This document shows, piece after piece, positions 21,238 to 31,661 of a stretch of DNA of 64,000 nt. Origin of the DNA: Epithemia pelagica (Eukaryota > Protista > Bacillariophyta); NCBI GenBank assembly GCA_946965045.2, contig OX337228.1, forward strand, positions 1,116,001 to 1,180,000. The letters are read 5' to 3'. The notes beneath the pieces were generated by a model. The model did not search any database. It was not told the DNA's origin and saw nothing but the letters and a program-made list of their open reading frames with translations. The translations under genes were made by a program, and so were the position numbers. Position 1 is the first letter of the stretch. Every line of letters starts with the position of its first letter.

Positions 21238-21870
21238 TCGCAAAGGTTAAAGGGCGTCTGCCCAAACAGGAATGTGGTGAGTGTTAGGTTTTAGAGGCTG
21301 TACCAAAGCCTCAGCAGACAGAGAGCAAAGAGGACAATCAGGAGTCACCAACTACGTAGCCAGTTCCCCACGGGTCAAGGAAAAGGCCAACAACTACTAG
21401 GAGAGTAGGTAGGACACAAAGAGATGTGATGAATGGTGAGATTTTAGATTGTGAGCTTTATTCTAGATTTGTATGTCTTTCCCCATGGCTGTCTTTGCTG
21501 CCACATTAGGTTATTATCCCCAGTACTGGGTACAGAGATCCTACGTGCATTTCTTCCCAAATGTACTAAGGCTACGAAGATCTACTGGGTCATATCTCTA
21601 ATGTACCGTGGCTACGTATCCTGTACGTATCCTTGGATGATTCTCCATTTCCCAATGACCACAGGTTCTCACATGTATCTTTGATTCTCACATGTAAGCC
21701 AATGTTGGTAGTCCCGTCATGGTCAATGGCGCCAATCTCGTTTTCGATAGCATACCTAGAGAACTAGTTATGATAGTTCGAGTCTTGTCTACGGTGTGTT
21801 AAGTGAATCAACCACAAGAAGGTGTACTCCTTATCGAGACGACTCGATCGGATACCTATAACTTGTGCGA
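21238..21870 (-). repeat. 5' LTR (633 bp)
   Basis: Direct repeat of 17642-18274. Confidence 0.97.
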
Positions 21871-22951
21871 ACCCCTAGTGAAATGGTGACATCTTGTCAG
21901 ATCCGTCGACAACAGGAAAGCAGTTGATGATTGCTTCATCGAAAGAGATGCTTCGAAAACCAAGGGCAGCCTTTTGGCAGTCTTCCTCTGTTCTTGGAAA
22001 GCTAAACCCAACTTATCACACTGTAGACGAAAATATTGCATCGAATAGCAGTTTAATGCTAGAAATAACGCCTAAGCTTCATTGCAATAAATGAGGGTAC
22101 AATCAAAAATAGACATGCAATCAAAAATAGACATGCAATACACCCCCCCCCCCCACCATGCCCCCGCCCACCATGCCCCCGCTTCCCCCAAGATTGAGAT
22201 GATGTGACAACTTTTTTTTAAAATGCGCTATCGCGATAATCGCAATTTTGGGGCTCCACGTCAGGCCATGTACGAAAATTGCGACGCGATAAATCTGAAA
22301 GATAGACCAACCCTCACCTTCAGCACTCCTAAGCAGGGTATTGAAGTCACGCACCCCTAACTTTCAACTTACCACTTAAATTACCAATTTCTGACTTTTC
22401 TCACTAAATCAAATCAAAATTCATATATCATTTTGCAACTTTTTCGAATGCATTCAAATCAATACCATGATTATTTGATTAAACACTTAAAATCGTAACC
22501 ACAATCAAATCACATACCTGCATTTCTGATTATTGATTTTTCATCAAAAATCACACAGTAAATTATTAATCACAATGAAATCAAAGTTAAATTACCGCAA
22601 TAATGGAATGACTTTCATTAAGAAGTTAAGTCGTCACAATCAATTGCCAACTTTTCAATACTGAAACCAAGTTTCAATAATCCACGATTACTGATTTTAA
22701 ATGTAACTTTTTGATTATATTGTCAATACCGACTTATAATCACCCAGTACTATCTGCACCAATAGTGACAAAGCCGTACCTTTACTGGTTACTGGTACAT
22801 GTTACATGTGTGCAATGTGCAATGCGCATGTACCACATGGTACCTGGTACCTGGTATCGCTCATCGCCCCTCATTATTCTTTCACACAGCTTCAGATTTG
22901 CTCATCGCTCATTTGTTTTGAGCTGTTGAGTGTCGAGTGTCGAGCACTAAT

Positions 22952-25900
22952 ATGATCCCTGCTGGTTTCCAACTCAAAGTGACAACAGCAAGCTTATCCT
23001 CCATCTCTCCCATGACTGAAACCAGCAACACCACCACCGCATCGGACGGAGCTGAAGGCCACACCAACACTGCATCGAATCAAGCCGACGGCAACACTAC
23101 CAACACTGCATCGGATGGAGCTGAAGGCGACACAACCACCGCATCAAATCAAGCAGAAGGGAACACCACCACCACATCGAACGGAGGTAATGAAACAACT
23201 GACCCTGCTCTCACAAACCCTTCTACAAACAATCCCAACAACAACGAAGGGGATGGGAATCAAGGAAACAACGACCAAGAACAACCTCCTGGGGAAGGTG
23301 AGCGCAACCGAGAAACAAGAGCAAGATACAAGGCCGAAAAAGAAGTCCTCGAATTCAGACCCCCTCCCCCCTCCATTTTCAAGAACCTGAAAGGATCGTA
23401 TTGGGGATTAGTCTATCATATTGACTGGGTTATACTCCGCAAATACAGAGATGACAACTCTCCAGTCGACACTACTGACAGACCTGGTCTTCGTAAATGC
23501 CTTAAAGTCTTGAAGGAGGGTGACGATCCAGTCAATGCAAAGGACAAGACTCTTAGTTGTCTTGCGAAACGGTTGACAATTTGTCCTCTATGCTTTGACG
23601 ACCCTGATGCATCATTGTCTGATGCAGTAATTGGCTGTGGCAACCACGAGTCTTCATCCAACATAAACCAACACCGCTTGCGAAAGCACAAGGAAGAAGT
23701 TGAGAAAAAGACCCGAGAAGAAGCAATCATGGAAAAACAAGGCCAAAAGAAAATGTCTTCTTTTGTGTCCACTACGGTGACTCGTGCTACAGTCAGGAAT
23801 GAGTTTCAAAAGAAAATATATGAATTTGTCAACGACATGGGCTTTCCGTCACGGACTGTGGAAAAGCCCGCCTTCCGGTCTCTTTTGTCATTTGCAATCA
23901 GCAATGCCAATCTCCTACGCCCATCTGATGCATCCATCAGTAATAGGGCTATGACATCGATGCGGATTGATTCCTACAACTCTTTCCTTCGAGAAGTGAA
24001 CAACCTTGGCGACAATATTCGTGAGACATTCAAGTCATGGTGTGGGAAAAGGATTCGCTTTGCATGCCTTGTCCACGATGTATGGCAGGGCTGCAAGAAG
24101 GACATACTTGGAGTCACCCTCATTCTTCCGGACCCACGCAATTGCAACGTCTACAAAATACCCATTGGCTTACTACAGACCAAAGGCCACTCTGCTGCAC
24201 AGGTTGCCGATCACACGGAGACAATTCTAAATCAGGTTGGATTCACCCGACTCGATTTGTGTGCGTCTATCAACGACAACACAAACTCGGCTGTATTGGC
24301 CGGAAAATACATTACAGGGATGGAACAAGGCGGCAAATGCGACATGCACCGGGCAGAGCTTATTTTGAAGCATGCCACCGGACAGGCCATTCGTAAACGG
24401 GGTCGTGTTGTCATTGATGAGAACAAAAAATTCCTGGCTCTGTACAAGGTATTCCATTTATTTGCGTCTTGGTTGATGAGCAAGAAGGCCCGGGCCCGTT
24501 TTGAAAACCTGAGATCGTTCGCAAAACAGAATGGTCGCATCATTGTCGAGATTCAACTCCCTAATGGCACACGAGTGATGGGATGTTTGATCATGTTTCA
24601 CGGTTTGTTACGCAATAAGTTCATTATGGATGATTATGCCCGATCCTCTCTGGTAAATGATAATGAATTCAGATCCAAGTATCCAAGCGTAGAAGATTGG
24701 AAACAACTTGCAGAGTACGAGGGAATCCTTCAGCCCCTCCAGTCCTGTGCCATGACACTTCAAACAGACGACCCATCTGCAGCCTCAGCTTCCCTGGTAG
24801 AAATTTTCCTGTCAAAGTATGCCATTGAACAGATGCAGAAGAAAGGAGTTCGAATTCTTGACGTGGAAACATCACCCTGGGATGCAAGTTTGACAATCAA
24901 GAAATTGGACAGCAAACGCGTCCGTCGTGCTCATGATCTTCTTCTTGTTCCAAGCCAAAATTTGATCCTGCGCATCCTGAGAGAATATCGCCATTACATG
25001 ATGGAATCCAAGGACGTCGACGCTGAAAAAGCGATGTTGTCGAATCCCCTTCTTTGTACCTCCGGTCCTCTCCTGTTCAAAAAGATCGGCTTTTTCAAAG
25101 ACACGGACATTGAACGTATAGAGAAGAACTTCATGGAAGATTGCTTTGAAAAATACTATTCTCCTGCTCCTGAACCTGCCACAAATCAAGGAACAGGGAC
25201 GACTTCAAATGCTCCTTTGGCAAACAACAACAATTCTGCTCCAAGCAATGATTCGGAAACCAATGGGAATGGAGAGAACAACTTGTTAACGGCTGACGAC
25301 GATGATGCTTCTGGGACGTCCTTTGACATATTCGATGATATTGATCTTGCTGTGGACGACACTACCGCTGATGCTGGAGACAACAGTAACACAGGGAACA
25401 ATGAAGTTGATCGGACCAACAGACTGGAGAAGCTTATCAAGGAAGAATACACGGACTACAAGCGGTTTTGTGAAAGGAAGGTCCGTCTTCAATGGACTGA
25501 TCTGATCAACCAGTACCCAACCTCTGCGTACTTGGAGGATTTGACTGACTGGGATGATCCAAAGAAAAAATGGTTCGCGGTACGATGCAAAAAGCAAGAC
25601 TTCACTGCTGTAGGCAAATACTTTGACGTCATGGCCTGGTGGGATGCTAACAAGACTAACTACCCACGGCTTTTCCCAACGGCAATTGTATGGTTGAGTA
25701 AACCAGCTACGAATGCCTTCCAAGAGAGGGTATTCTCCTGTTCGTCTTGGTTGGATTCTAACAGGCTCATGAGGAAGGAGTCCCCCCATAACTTTCAAAT
25801 GCGGTCTCTGACGTGTGTGTCCAGGCCTGTGCGTGCGAAGATCACAGAAGCAGAGAAAGAATTGATCAAGCGTCCCAAGGCAATCCAGCAAGTAATCACG

Positions 25901-26533
25901 GAATTACACCTCGACAGCTGGAAAGAACGCGATGTAATCGAAATTCACGACAATGAGCCTACTGGGGGAAGCACCACAGCAACAGGTGCCGCCGCTACTA
26001 GTGTGGGCGTAGTCTCTGGGAGTGCAACGGACAATTCCCTTGCAGACCATCCAGCAGACGGAGTCCGAGTTGACGCAATGCTCAATAATATCAAGAAGCT
26101 GGAGGCGTACCTGAAGCAGAAGGAGACAGAGGATGTGTTGAACTTTGGATTCCTCGACGATACTACTGACGACAAAGAAGTTGTAGGGGAAAAGGATCTC
26201 GCCTATGCCGATTCGGTGGAGATTGTTGATTTGACTGGAGGACTCGGTGAAAAGGTTCTCGACGACACAGTGGACGACGACAAACTTCTTGTTTCTGTCT
26301 TGAAGCAGAAACAAGGGCCCACTGATGTTGTGGTGGTTCTGGAACAAAGCAGTAACAACGGTAGTGCCACAGGAACATCGGCCAACGTTGCTGGGATCAC
26401 TGTAAATACAACAAGTGACTCGATGTCGGCCATGTCATCAGTTACTGGTAGAAGATCAACTACCACAAACAAGAGCACAACGACATCTTCTAGTCGGAAA
26501 AGAAAAGCTCCACCCACACATCAGGCAATCTAG
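22952..26533 (+). CDS. hAT transposase (~1190 aa)
   Basis: BED-like CPLC...H..RKH, catalytic-type LVHDVWQG, CDMH (CxxH), and the hATC dimerisation motif WWDANKTNYPRLFPTAIVWLSKPATNAFQERVFS. C-terminal RKRK. First ATG at 22952. Confidence 0.93.
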   Translation: MIPAGFQLKVTTASLSSISPMTETSNTTTASDGAEGHTNTASNQADGNTTNTASDGAEGDTTTASNQAEGNTTTTSNGGNETTDPALTNPSTNNPNNNEGDGNQGNNDQEQPPGEGERNRETRARYKAEKEVLEFRPPPPSIFKNLKGSYWGLVYHIDWVILRKYRDDNSPVDTTDRPGLRKCLKVLKEGDDPVNAKDKTLSCLAKRLTICPLCFDDPDASLSDAVIGCGNHESSSNINQHRLRKHKEEVEKKTREEAIMEKQGQKKMSSFVSTTVTRATVRNEFQKKIYEFVNDMGFPSRTVEKPAFRSLLSFAISNANLLRPSDASISNRAMTSMRIDSYNSFLREVNNLGDNIRETFKSWCGKRIRFACLVHDVWQGCKKDILGVTLILPDPRNCNVYKIPIGLLQTKGHSAAQVADHTETILNQVGFTRLDLCASINDNTNSAVLAGKYITGMEQGGKCDMHRAELILKHATGQAIRKRGRVVIDENKKFLALYKVFHLFASWLMSKKARARFENLRSFAKQNGRIIVEIQLPNGTRVMGCLIMFHGLLRNKFIMDDYARSSLVNDNEFRSKYPSVEDWKQLAEYEGILQPLQSCAMTLQTDDPSAASASLVEIFLSKYAIEQMQKKGVRILDVETSPWDASLTIKKLDSKRVRRAHDLLLVPSQNLILRILREYRHYMMESKDVDAEKAMLSNPLLCTSGPLLFKKIGFFKDTDIERIEKNFMEDCFEKYYSPAPEPATNQGTGTTSNAPLANNNNSAPSNDSETNGNGENNLLTADDDDASGTSFDIFDDIDLAVDDTTADAGDNSNTGNNEVDRTNRLEKLIKEEYTDYKRFCERKVRLQWTDLINQYPTSAYLEDLTDWDDPKKKWFAVRCKKQDFTAVGKYFDVMAWWDANKTNYPRLFPTAIVWLSKPATNAFQERVFSCSSWLDSNRLMRKESPHNFQMRSLTCVSRPVRAKITEAEKELIKRPKAIQQVITELHLDSWKERDVIEIHDNEPTGGSTTATGAAATSVGVVSGSATDNSLADHPADGVRVDAMLNNIKKLEAYLKQKETEDVLNFGFLDDTTDDKEVVGEKDLAYADSVEIVDLTGGLGEKVLDDTVDDDKLLVSVLKQKQGPTDVVVVLEQSSNNGSATGTSANVAGITVNTTSDSMSAMSSVTGRRSTTTNKSTTTSSSRKRKAPPTHQAI

Positions 26534-26570
26534 TCGGAAAAGAAAAGCTCCACCCCCTACATCAGGCAAT
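26490..26570 (+). repeat. 40/41-bp tandem duplication at the transposase 3' end
   Basis: CTAGTCGGAAAAGAAAAGCTCCACCC...CATCAGGCAAT twice (26490-26529 and 26530-26570). Confidence 0.95.
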
Positions 26571-26665
26571 CAGCAAGGAGGAGCACAGAATATGAATTTG
26601 AATAAACAAAGCGAAGACTGATAAACGAATACATATTATGATAAGTAACTAACAATGAACGGTAT

Positions 26666-28574
26666 TTAGTGGCCATATTTCTTAAAGATAGACAAACAAA
26701 GTCGAGCAACCTCAGGAGGTTGCACCTGCTTGGATTCAAGAAGGGTACGGAATGGAATTGTTTGGGTATTGACCATCTGCCCCAAAGACCCGAACACGGG
26801 ATTTACCTTGTGCCAATAGTTCTTTGGCAACCATTCTTCGATGGCCTTTGAACATTCGTAGCCGTCAGTGCAATTGTGCGGTACCCACCCAAGATGGACT
26901 GCCCAACGGATTACGTGTATATCTGCAGGGATACCATCCATGCGATCAAAAGCATATGTGATGACAATGTTGGCCGTTTTGTAGCCAACTCCGAATAAAG
27001 TACCGATTTCCTCAACAGAGATGTTTGGGGGGATGATTCCACCATGCAGGGAAACAAAGTTGTCAGCTGCATTGACAATGCGTTCTGCATTTTGGTAAAA
27101 TCTCCCAGTGGACGTCAATAAGGAGCATAAGACGTCCATACCATACATTTTGGCAAATTCGATGACGTTGTTGCAGATGTCAAACCAGTAGAGAATAATC
27201 GTGGGACAAGTACCGCAAGTTGTGAGTCTGCAGTGCTCGAACTCATCAGAATGACCATTAGGCACATAAATGCCCGGTCGTAAACAATGCTGTCGCCGTC
27301 GTCGTCGTGACATGATTTGTCGATCCATTCCTGCCATGTATCTCGGGGCATTGAGAACGCAGGCGTCTTTGTCAAACCTTGATGAAATGCACACAGGTCT
27401 TGGAAGGATGCAATCAAACGGTTTTTCTTCGTTTCATCAATGGTCATAGAACGTAAATTTTTCAACGTCGTCATTGGAGAGTACTTTACTGGGTCCCCTG
27501 GCATGTGTCGTTCTCCATTATTGTACTTGATTTTGGTTTTTGCTGAAGATCCTGCAAGCAAGAGTTCGGCTTTTTTGGACACGGATGTTCGGGTGTTTCG
27601 TTTAGTAAAAGGGAGAAGTGACCGATTTGTACTCTGTTTTGTTGGCTTTTGTTCCGTTTTGTAACGCGCTGTTTCGAAAGGCTTGGACAGTCCATGGACT
27701 TCCTGTGGGGAGTAGGCGACTCAGGTGTGACTATTGGGGCAGGTTGTTGTTCCGTGATTGTTGGAGTGTGGGGCATTTTGGGTTCCGTGGAAGGGTCAGG
27801 AGTACAAGTAGGAGTAGGAATGCCGGTGGTCTCTCGAGTTTTCATTGTTTGCGTGTCTGTTGATTGAGTGCAGAATTTGGTTCGGGAGGTTTGAGAGGGT
27901 GTGATGGTAGAGACAAGGCGTGTCAAGGGAGGGCTTGAGCTCGTAAGTTTTTGAAGTTCGGCCGAAAGAATATCCAGAATTGGTTTCATGGGAATTGATT
28001 CAGGTCGAAGTTGGCAACCATCATGGCCCAGTACATTGAGTGCCGGTTTCACATTATTGCGAAGGAACCAACAACGAACTAGCTGTCTTGCATCTGGGCA
28101 TCCGGTGAGATGGATGTACACGAACCGTTTGAGATCTTGGTAGGTAGAGTCCCTTTGTATATCAATTCCCAACTTGTATCGAAGTATAACGTGAAGTAAT
28201 GTGTCGTCATGATGTATTTCAGGTGGAGAGCAATTTTCCCAAGAAGTGGAGGTGCAGAGAAGCTTAAGAATCTCGTCTTTGACAATGGAGTTGTTCTTCT
28301 CGTCTTTGACGATGGAGTTGTTTTAGTTTTGACATAGAATACACGTCTGGGGAGGGGAGCATAGACAGGTGGGTGCTGTTTGTTGTTTCGTGACAATAAT
28401 CGAAGTGCCACTTTCATTCAACCAAGCTTGAACGACATCTTCCACTGAAGCACTTCCATCTGTTGATTGGTCTTTTTGTTTCTTAGTTGTCTTTTCAATA
28501 AGAGCCACTAGTGACGATGGAATACGGCGGATGAAGTGATCAGGTAAAAGTTTCACGGAAATGGACAGAAACAT
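26666..28574 (-). CDS. Transposon-borne HhH-GPD DNA glycosylase (endonuclease III/Nth-like) with long N-terminal extension; apparently disrupted in this copy or assembly
   Basis: Joining frames at ~27166 gives FMCLMVILMSSSTADSQL..LVPRLF...GRFYQNAERI...HGGIIP...LFGVGYKTANIV...GIPADIHVIRW...EEWLPK.YW..VN, collinear with Nth and retaining the catalytic Lys (26978-26980) and Asp (26921-26923). An in-frame TAA lies at 28323-28325 and a frame change lies between ~27730 and 27486. Confidence 0.88.
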
Positions 28575-28689
28575 GGCTTGCTGCTATTTGCAATGAAGGG
28601 TTGAGGGTGTTGTGACTTGGGAGTGTGTCGCCGTTCGCTGTATGAGATGGTCAAGGGCGAATGTGAGCGTCGCTTGACACTGTTAACTG

Positions 28690-29134
28690 ATAGATACTCA
28701 TTGAAATCAGTGATTTAAGTAGGTGATTAAAGTCAAACTTTTTTCTATGATTAAGTTAATTTCGTAAGCAATTTTTGGAGAAAAAAGTTAAGTCAGGGGG
28801 CTGTTGGTAGTGACTTCGATCATGAAGTGAAGTCATGACAGTATGTGACTTGACTTCGTCTAGCGAAGTGAAGTCATGGACTGATTACGTGTGATTAAGT
28901 CACTTAATGCTAAGTCATGGATGTATCCTCTGAGTCAGAAAAAGTCAAAGTGAAATTAGCATCGTTACATGATTGGCTTTAAGTCATAAGTGAAATTAGA
29001 TATATGTATTCAAAGACTTATAGTTGGTAATTAATTTGATGTACTGAATGATTGACTATTACGATGGAGTTAAGTTATGACGTATAAAATAGACGACTTA
29101 AAGTTCATAGTTATAATTGAGTAGAGTATTTCTA
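28690..29134. repeat. hAT right subterminal array of AAGTCA/TGACTT motifs (probable transposase-binding sites)
   Basis: At least 8 AAGTCA plus several TGACTT. The same hexamer overlaps the left TIR (TTGAAGTCAC). Confidence 0.7.
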
Positions 29135-31661
29135 ACTTCAATACCCTGCTCCTAAGGACACTCCCCCGGTGGTAGTGTTCGGTGAAGGTGAACTAGAGGA
29201 ACTACCTCTGTTTCCAGCCAGGTGCAAGTGGAGTTAGATTAGGTATTACTCCTAGTTCCAGCCCACGTGTCAGCGAGCGAGAAGTAGAATACTTCCCAGT
29301 TCCCAGTCCTAGAACGAACAAACCTAAACTACCTTCCGGTGATTTTATATTCACGGCACCATGTGTTGAATCTTTCCGCTTAAATTTGTATAGTACTAAT
29401 GTGTAGTGCTCAACGCATCTACCGTTAAGTCTTAAATCCGACATGCCAACTGTTTGAAACTGTAACTCGTAACTCTCGTAGTATCCGAACAAAATACAAC
29501 GGTGAGTAAAACTACGTAGCTCCTGGTACATTCCAACCATACTTTAGACCTCATAGTAGGTTGGCATCCACAAGACGATACCTTTGCTACCTATCTTTCT
29601 TTTCCTATGTGGTCCAACCTCCAACACGTCTAAGTACTCCTAGAGGAATATGGCTGGCACTTGCAGATGGCCGTAAGAAATGAACTTACAACGTGGGATT
29701 ATCATTGAGTGTGATTCAAACAGCAATCAAACAAGAATGGGACGACAAACTTGGCTAGAATAGACCTGGCTAGTGGCAAAGAAGAATAGACCCAACGAAA
29801 AGACATCCTATTAGCGCAGTGGACCATACACACACAAAACAAGAAATGCTGGTTCTATGACACTGCCTTGCGACAATCAAAACAATTCTAGAGCTCTAAA
29901 CAAGGTGTATCATTGTACGAGGACCAACTCAAGCACTACCACCACCAGGAGCATCCCAACTGGAGGGAGCCCGGTGCCATCGAGGGAAGAGGCCCATTCC
30001 AGGATGCACCACAAGTGGGAGAATGACTGGCATCCAATAGAGTGGCATCTTGTTGAAAAATAGCTGAGGAGCTGTTGGATGGAGTTGTATTCGTGGTGGT
30101 GGTACTTGTCGTCGTGGCCATGCTTATTGGCAAACGCAAGAGACTCCACAAATGGCGACAATGGGCCATGCTTGGAAGGTTCTTGTTTGGTCAGCCGTTA
30201 TAGGCGTGAATGACAACATGGAAGACAACATGTTGTTGTTGTGGTTGGTGTTGGGTGTGTTGTTGTATGTCGATGTGGAAAAAATCTCGTGCAGGTCCCT
30301 TCTTAAAACAGAGAATGAAATAGATATAGCTACTAGAAAGCACATATAACACAATGTATGTCACTACTGCTTTTGTGCTTACTGTTGCTCCATACTTGCG
30401 AAAAGAAGGCCTCTGTTTCGTCTTTTAATCGTTGATTGTTGTGTGCTAACGTGCCAAACCGAGCTGTTTTGGAGTGGTAAGCAATCTTAAGCTGCACTTC
30501 TCCCACCACATCCACCACTTCATATCGCTTTAATACTGCTGAAGGAGAATAGGAAGCAGTATCAGGGCGTGAGAAAGTGTAATGGACAAGAAGCAGCAAA
30601 AACGGAGCAGCACAGTCAACATTGAAGAAAAGCCACGTAGCATCTCAGATGAACGACTTCATCTCTACCAATCCTTTGATTTTCCCCACGAAACTTAAAA
30701 ATCGTGTATATTGCATACATTTTGCGACACGCACAAAGCTTCGACCTCTATCAGTGTCCTCGTCTGATGAACGGTGGTATCCAAAGCGGAGCGTCATGGC
30801 GAGGTTGTGATTTTATTATCTAGCTTAACCGTGCAGTACGTGAAATGAAAAATGTGAGAAAAGTTGTATTTCAGTCATGAAGTACACTTACTTTCATAGT
30901 GCAGAGTTGTATTTTTGGTATGGGTTTGCGCAACTGAGAGGGCAACTTTTAGTTGTACGGCATACTCTCGCAACTATAAGCTAGAGGCACACTATGAAGT
31001 ACGAAGACATCCTCCTGATGGGACTGACTGGACTGATGCATACTCCTGCATCCACTATAATACTACGCGATTCGAGACCCAGTCAAGAAGAATACTACTC
31101 CAGTTGTATTTTTGCGTTATTCTAGAAGTACTTTGAGTTATCCAGTCTTATGATTTTATTCAAAATCCGACTTATCATTCTCATTTTATGGATGGATGAA
31201 GCTCTTTGGGGGCAGGCTCGTTTTACGGGTAAATCGTCCGTTTTTTTCACCATTCCGATGGTGCCATGAATGTAAAATCACCGGTAGTGCCAATGCCAGT
31301 GGCTTGCGTGTAGCGGTTTGAATTCACGCCCGTCACCTGTCACGTTGTTGACGCGCGTGCGATCGTATTATACTAATGTATCTTCAGATTGTACATTTGT
31401 ACAAGTCGTTTCGTGACTCATGTGCCATGACTCATTTGCTCCGCTTTTTTTCTTTGAAAAACTGAGCACAGATTCGCGAAATCTGTGCCAAAAAAAACAG
31501 GAATAACACAGATTTAAATTTGTCCCAGGGTTTGTTCCGTACGCTGCAGAGCCATTTTCATGGAATAGCACAGATTTGTCGAGTTGTTCCAGTTATATTC
31601 CAACGACTGCTCATGCCCTTACCTATTCATAACCTATTAGACCAACCTCGAAACTCGAATC

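Larger units (their letters stand above)
17642..21870 (-). mobile_element. Non-autonomous LTR retroelement (4229 bp) with TC...GA termini
   Basis: 633-bp direct repeats, 5-bp TSD ACCCC (17637-17641 and 21871-21875), PPT GGGGAG on the - strand (18275-18280), PBS-position motif at 21223-21237, no pol domains. Confidence 0.95.
22334..29148 (+). mobile_element. Complete hAT-superfamily DNA transposon (6815 bp) with a cargo gene
   Basis: 14-bp TIRs CAGGGTATTGAAGT / ACTTCAATACCCTG, perfect 8-bp TSD CTCCTAAG (22326-22333 and 29149-29156), AT-rich subterminal regions, and a transposase ORF. Confidence 0.97.

Noticed and set aside
26666-27400. Calling the hAT cargo a DEMETER/ROS1 orthologue
   Set aside because: It lacks the split glycosylase domain, 4Fe-4S motif and C-terminal RRM-fold domain of DME/ROS1. 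Only superfamily membership is supported, and 5mC activity remains a hypothesis.
29850-30640. Coding-like fragments on the - strand with a possible intron (GTAAGC near 30390)
   Set aside because: Multiple stops and frameshifts, and no family I can name with confidence.
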